DNA of 64,000 nt from Takakia lepidozioides (Eukaryota > Plantae > Bryophyta): NCBI GenBank assembly GCA_030704615.1, contig CM060732.1:80910001-80974000 (forward strand). The letters are read 5' to 3'. How positions within the stretch are numbered: position 1 is the stretch's first letter; each line of letters starts with the position of its first letter. This document shows, piece by piece, positions 58,768 through 64,000 of the stretch. The translations under genes were made by a program, and so were the position numbers. Below the pieces are notes generated by a model. That model was given only the letters and a program-made list of their open reading frames with translations. It was not told the DNA's origin and searched no databases.

Positions 58768-60564
58768 TGTAGGGAGCTGTCCAAATGAAGGTGGCTAGTG
58801 TATGCCAACCCCATATGGCTATAACATATGCAATGAAAAGAGGACCAAGAGGTCATTTAAAATAAAAATCCGAGTATGGAGATCAGCCAACTGAAAACAT
58901 TTGATTTATCTTGCACAGTTGGGGTGGGAGATTATGACATTAATGTAAGTGGAGTTTTTGCAAAAGTTAGTGGATGTAAAATGTTTATGACGGTTTTTTT
59001 TTTTTCAAATGAACAAGGTGGTATCTTATCCCATTTGCATTTCCAAATGATTATATGATTGGTTGCGACTAGCAAGATGATGAAATCATATAAAGATTGC
59101 GACATGTCCACCACCAAGACACAAAGGAAAGAATTATAAAAGGAAAGAATTATAGCATTGTACGACATCGCAGAATTATAAACCCAGATTTGTTTGACTT
59201 CTTTGAATATGTATTATTTAAATTTTGGAAACATGTCTGGGCCTTGATCAATTTCAGTTTACAGTCTATTCGAACAGTCTCATTTTAGATATATATATAT
59301 TTTTGGTTTAATACATGACAAGTCATGCCATCCGGAGAAATATGGAAAAGAATTGGTCTGAGTTCTAAGTTTTTTGAGCTCTGAGGAAATACATGTTATG
59401 AAGTTACTTTGCTAAAACAGAACTATCTTCATAAAAAAAACCCATAGTTGAACAACTTTGGTTTAAGCGATTTTCATAAACACTAATTTTCTTAAATAAA
59501 CGCTAGGACTAGTCACTAATGTGTTGGTCATACAGTCAACATACTAAAACAATATGAACTTTAGTTTTTAGGTGAACTCGGTATGAATGTGAAAACTGAA
59601 AGTTTCCTTCAAGTCCTTACCGCCCATGCATCTTGATCTTCTAAGGGTGAAAAATGTAACCTACAAGATGATAACAGTGATAAGGGGGTGGTGTATTGAT
59701 ATCAAGTTCATATTGTCCTAATTTTTTTGTTAAAACAAACTAAAGGATCTGGTCTATAACCAAGACAAGCCATTTTTATCTCTTTCTTTATTCTTTGGAG
59801 GAGGATTTTTTACTCCTCATTGATTTAAATTTTATTGATATCCTAAAATTTAAAGTTTCATAATTTCTTTGCACTGTTTAAAGATAAAATGGTGGCAATT
59901 TTTTTTTGAAGTTAGGGTTTCCTAAACGTCTATATTTATCACTGCCTAAACCCGATGGCGCAGCCTTTTTTGCTACGAATCAAGACTACCTTACTAAACA
60001 ATAACGAACATCCAACGATTTTCATGAGTGCACATGTATCTAATAGCATACTACAACTAAATCATGATTGAGACACTCGAACCCTCTTGCAATTCTAAGT
60101 ATACTATGGAGTTGCTAGAGATAAAAACAGGGAATTACTCTAAGCCATTTCTTTTGTTTTTCTGTTCCAATTTCATGTATCATCATGGAAAGATTTATTG
60201 GTAGGGTTTGGGTTCCGTAGGTGGAGGCAAAAGTCAGTCCGGGTTTGGGCTGGGGTGTTATTGTAGGAGCGACGGACCGTGGAGTTGTTTTTTGTGTGGG
60301 GGAGTTGTCGTTCTGATTTCTTGTGTTTGGATCCCTCCACACCTGCATGCTTGACTATGCGCCACGTTAGTTTTGTGTGGGCGCTTGTTTTTATAGGTGA
60401 TTGGTCCGGATTTGATCACCAGCCAGTCCTAGAGTGTGTTGTTGATGGTGAGGTTGGGGTGATGATCAGTCAGACCCTCATTGTTTCTCCTGTGGTGAGG
60501 TTGGAGGTGATGACCAGCCAACCATAAGAGTGCTTGCGGTGGATGCAGGTGCAGGTGCAGGCTA

Positions 60565-63500
60565 TGTTATGAACCTAGTATTACAAGCCATAAGCCGCAA
60601 CAGGTTCTCTACCCGGTGTCGCAGCCCTTTCTTGAGGGCGGGGGGTCGGGAGACAAGAGGGGCTGCCCCTGTGGTGGGAGCAGTGGCAACAATAGGTACC
60701 CTTGAGTGCCCAAGGCACTCAAGGAGGCGGAGGCGCTCACTAGGTGGAGCCCCGCACACCAGGTTGCGGTGGGGGTGGGTCCACGAGGGGTGGTGGTAGC
60801 TTAGTGGGTCTTAGTGGGGATGGCATAGGACTCACCATGGGGCAGAGACCTTGTGGTGGGAGTCGTGGGGAGTCTTGAGACTCATCACAGTCCAATGGGG
60901 CCGTGGTGGGTGGGCCAAGACTCACCGCAACTCATCACCGGGAATTGAGGGTTTTCGTGGTGGTTCGCCATAAAATGACTGGGTTGTTTGGGAAACCCCC
61001 GCGGACAGTCACAGAAGTATATATAGGGAGTAGTAACCCCGAGAACGGTACAAGCCCGTTGGTGACCAAGAACTAGTGAGTAAGCGTGCGAGTCGGAAAG
61101 CGACCAAAGTGTCGGGAGCTTTTCCGGACTGCCGACAATCAAAGGGAATTTCCACTAGGCCCAAATTGAGCGAGGGTCTGGTGGAGGAGTAAAGAGGGAC
61201 CGTTATGTCCCGGTGAGCAGCCGAAGCTCCGAGTTGGCCCGGCGGCCAGTTTGGGAGTTAGGCGCGCGCATCAAAGCGAGTACCTATGACTTGAAGGGAA
61301 GCTTACCGAAGTGAGGTGCGCAACACTTGGTATCAGAGCTTAGAGATCAGTACGCGATTGTCCTTGAGATCGGCCTCATCATGGGGTCGGGCAAGACAAA
61401 GCGAAAGCGGAACGGCCCGAAAGATGATGATCCTGGTGAGCCCGGTGGGGGCGACGCGTCACCGAAGCGGCAATTGGAAGAGGCGATTCATGCTTCTGTA
61501 AGCGAGGCCGCTCAAGAACGGGAGGAATTTTGGGAGTCACAGCCCGAGGACTTCCCCGAGGCAGACCAACAGATGTCTCCCATGCCAGCAGCCTTTTGGG
61601 AAGGGTTGTTGGCGCAGTTTGGCGGGATGTTGAAAGACGTGTTGAAGGCGGCTAATGCCACTTCCACTAAGGTAAAGTTTAAGGTGAAGCCTAAGGAACC
61701 CGACACCTTCGAGGGCGTCCGAAATCGAAAGGCACTCAACACTTGGCTCTTGGAGCTAGAGCAATACTTCTGGGCGGCCAAATTGAGTGATGAGGATCGG
61801 GTGGAAGTGGCTCCCACCTATTTGAGGGGCTATGCTCAACAATGGTGGCAGAAACGCCTTCATGACCAAGGTCCAAACCCAGAAACCTTGAGCTGGAGTG
61901 GGGTTCAAGGAACTTATGAAAAGACAGTTTGTGCCCCTCAACGCATTCTGGCTCGTCCGGGACAAGCTGAGGAATTTGAAGCAAACGGATGACATTCGGG
62001 GATATCTTCAGGCTTTCAATGTGCTGTTGTTCAAAGTCGCGGATATGGCAGAACCAAAAATAGTCTTCAACTTTGTGGCGGGACTGGCCCCATGGTCCAG
62101 GCGGAAGTTGGAGGAGAAGCCACCTAAGACTTTGAACGAGGCAATTGAAAGGGCTGAATGTTTCTCGGATGTCCCTATGGGCGAAAGACAAGGCCGTACG
62201 GAGCTGAACCACAAGAAGACCCGGCGGGAGGGTGACTCCTTCCGACCGGAAAAGAAGTGGCATAGGCTACGCGGCGACAATGGCACATGAAAATCGAAGG
62301 GAGGGCCTTCACATGTCAAGGCGGCACCCGGTGCTCCGAAAGGAAAATCAGGTGCGGCGGCTTATGGCGGACAGAAGGCAACCTTCGATGGAGTGTGCTT
62401 TAATTGCAAGGAGCCCGGGCACATGGCCAAGAAGTACGCAAAACCCCGACAATTGATCATGACTCGGGCGACCACGGAGCTGTCCGAAGATTCCATCAGT
62501 CGCTTGGTGGAAGCGGTGGTTGCCAAGACTTGCAAGGTAGGAAACTACTCTTGTGAGTTGTATCAGGAGACTGGCCCCTTGCGTAAAGGGAGTCAGTTAA
62601 TGTTTGTGATTGAGATAATTTCCGGAACTAACGTTTGGTGGACACAGGAGCGTCGCACTCCTTCATGACACCGGCAACAACACGGAAGTTGGGGCTCCCG
62701 ACAAGTGATGTGGGGGCCTCTATTGAAGTGCGTTCTGCCAAAGGAGAACCACAACTGACGACGAGGTTGGCGTTCGATGTTCATCTTCAGCTGGGGAGTT
62801 GGGAAGGACATGAGAACTTCACCATTTGCGAGATCGATGGAGTGGATCTCATTTTGGGGATGACCTTTTTCAGCAAATCCGGAGCGGTCATAGATGGCCG
62901 CAAGAAAATAGTCATGCTACCGTGTAGGAATGGTGGCAAGGTTTTACGGGTATCGGAAACGTCCAACCGAGTGGGAGGGCGAATAAACCTGTTGTTAGCA
63001 AAAGAGTGGGCCGTGGAGGAGCCACACGAGCCCCAGTTTTTGCTTTACGTAAGACAAGTGGAAGGAGAAGTCGATAGGGAGCCGAGCCCAGATTGAATCA
63101 AGGGGATCTTGGAGAAATACCAGGATGTGATGCCAGAGGATTTACCAAGCGGCTTGCCACCGCGAAGAGGAGTTGACCACAAGATTGAGGTGATACCGGG
63201 ATCGGAGCTGCCTGCCAAGGCGCCCTACCGGTTGAGCCACAGAGAGTTGGTCGAGCTGAAGGCTCAGCTCAAGGATCTAATGTCAAAGGGGTACATCCGG
63301 CCGAGTAAGTCATCTTACAGAGCCCCGGTGCTATTCGCAGACAAGAAGGCTAGGACGTTGCAGATGTGTGTCGATTACAGGACTCTGAATAAGGTGACTA
63401 TAAAAAACCGTTACCCTTTGTCAAGGATCGACGACCTCTTCGATCGGTTGGAAGGAGCAAAGTATTTCAGCCGGATCAATTTGCGTTGAAGTTACCATAA
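60565..63500 (+). mobile_element. Ty3/gypsy 5' half: LTR, PBS, gag, zinc knuckle, protease and start of RT; broken near 63500
   Basis: Probable LTR 60565 (TGTTA) to 61325 (CAACA) with a TATA-like tract near 61018; gag KPKEPDTFEG..WL..LEQYF; CFNCKEPGH; VDTGASHSF; [38 protein letters not shown]. Confidence 0.92.
61328..61339 (+). promoter_or_regulatory. Primer-binding site complementary to initiator tRNA-Met
   Basis: TGGTATCAGAGC, 2 nt after the LTR-terminal CA. Confidence 0.92.
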
Positions 63501-63739
63501 AATCCCAGGGATGCCTCGGCGTGAGCCTGGTCACATGAGCACGTGAGCGCAACTGCGCTCATGCCACGTCACCTTGCGCCAATGCCACATCACGGGGCTC
63601 ACTCCACGTCATCATACTTGAAGACCGCGTCACCACGCGCCCAGGAAGAAGTGGAGTGTATTCCCGCAGATTGGCACCCTTTACCGCGGAAACAAGCTGG
63701 ACGACATAATAAAAGGCACTGGTCATTCCCACCTGAAAG

Positions 63740-64000
63740 CAACAGATGAATAAAGGATGGATGAATGTACAGTTGGATGATAAACAGATGGATGAGTGTG
63801 AAAAATGAATGTAGATGGATGAATGAGGGATGGATAAGAGTCAAATGGATGAATGTATAATGGATGTTGAGCAATGGAAAACATTCATGACAGGAAAATG
63901 CATGACTAAAACTTTAGACGAATGCACAACGTATATGACATGAGTGTGGTAGGTTTGTGGGGTGGATTAAAGAGTACAGAGGATGAATGTACAATGGATG
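63740..64000. repeat. Degenerate TGGATGAA-type low-complexity repeat running off the window end
   Basis: Recurrent (A)TGGATGAATG variants. Confidence 0.7.

Overview
Eukaryotic, intron-rich plant nuclear DNA, most consistent with a non-seed land plant (inferred from the PLS-PPR style and the transposon families; not provable here). The left ~28 kb holds four host genes: a SRAP/HMCES-type abasic-site protein (minus, 3' end not found in the window), a head-to-head HAD-IB hydrolase, a PLS-class PPR protein with a decayed DYW remnant, and a Pumilio/PUF gene. An RTEX-like LINE and small elements lie in introns. The right ~34 kb is a nest of decayed transposons: a clean non-autonomous CACTA with 3-bp TSD, a MULE-like DDE transposase with a detached SWIM finger, a large CACTA, and Ty3/gypsy pieces. 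The most notable observations are: (i) a spliced TnpA-like CACTA accessory gene, divergent from TnpD, with an FCP1/NIF-type HAD phosphatase-like domain between its two En/Spm domains; (ii) a Ty3/gypsy pol that ends in a PHD finger of the apparent unmethylated-H3K4-reader type instead of a chromodomain; (iii) a probable ~23-kb inversion (about 40.7-63.5 kb) that would explain both a split gypsy and a split MULE. All family assignments come from motif recognition by eye; no searches were run.
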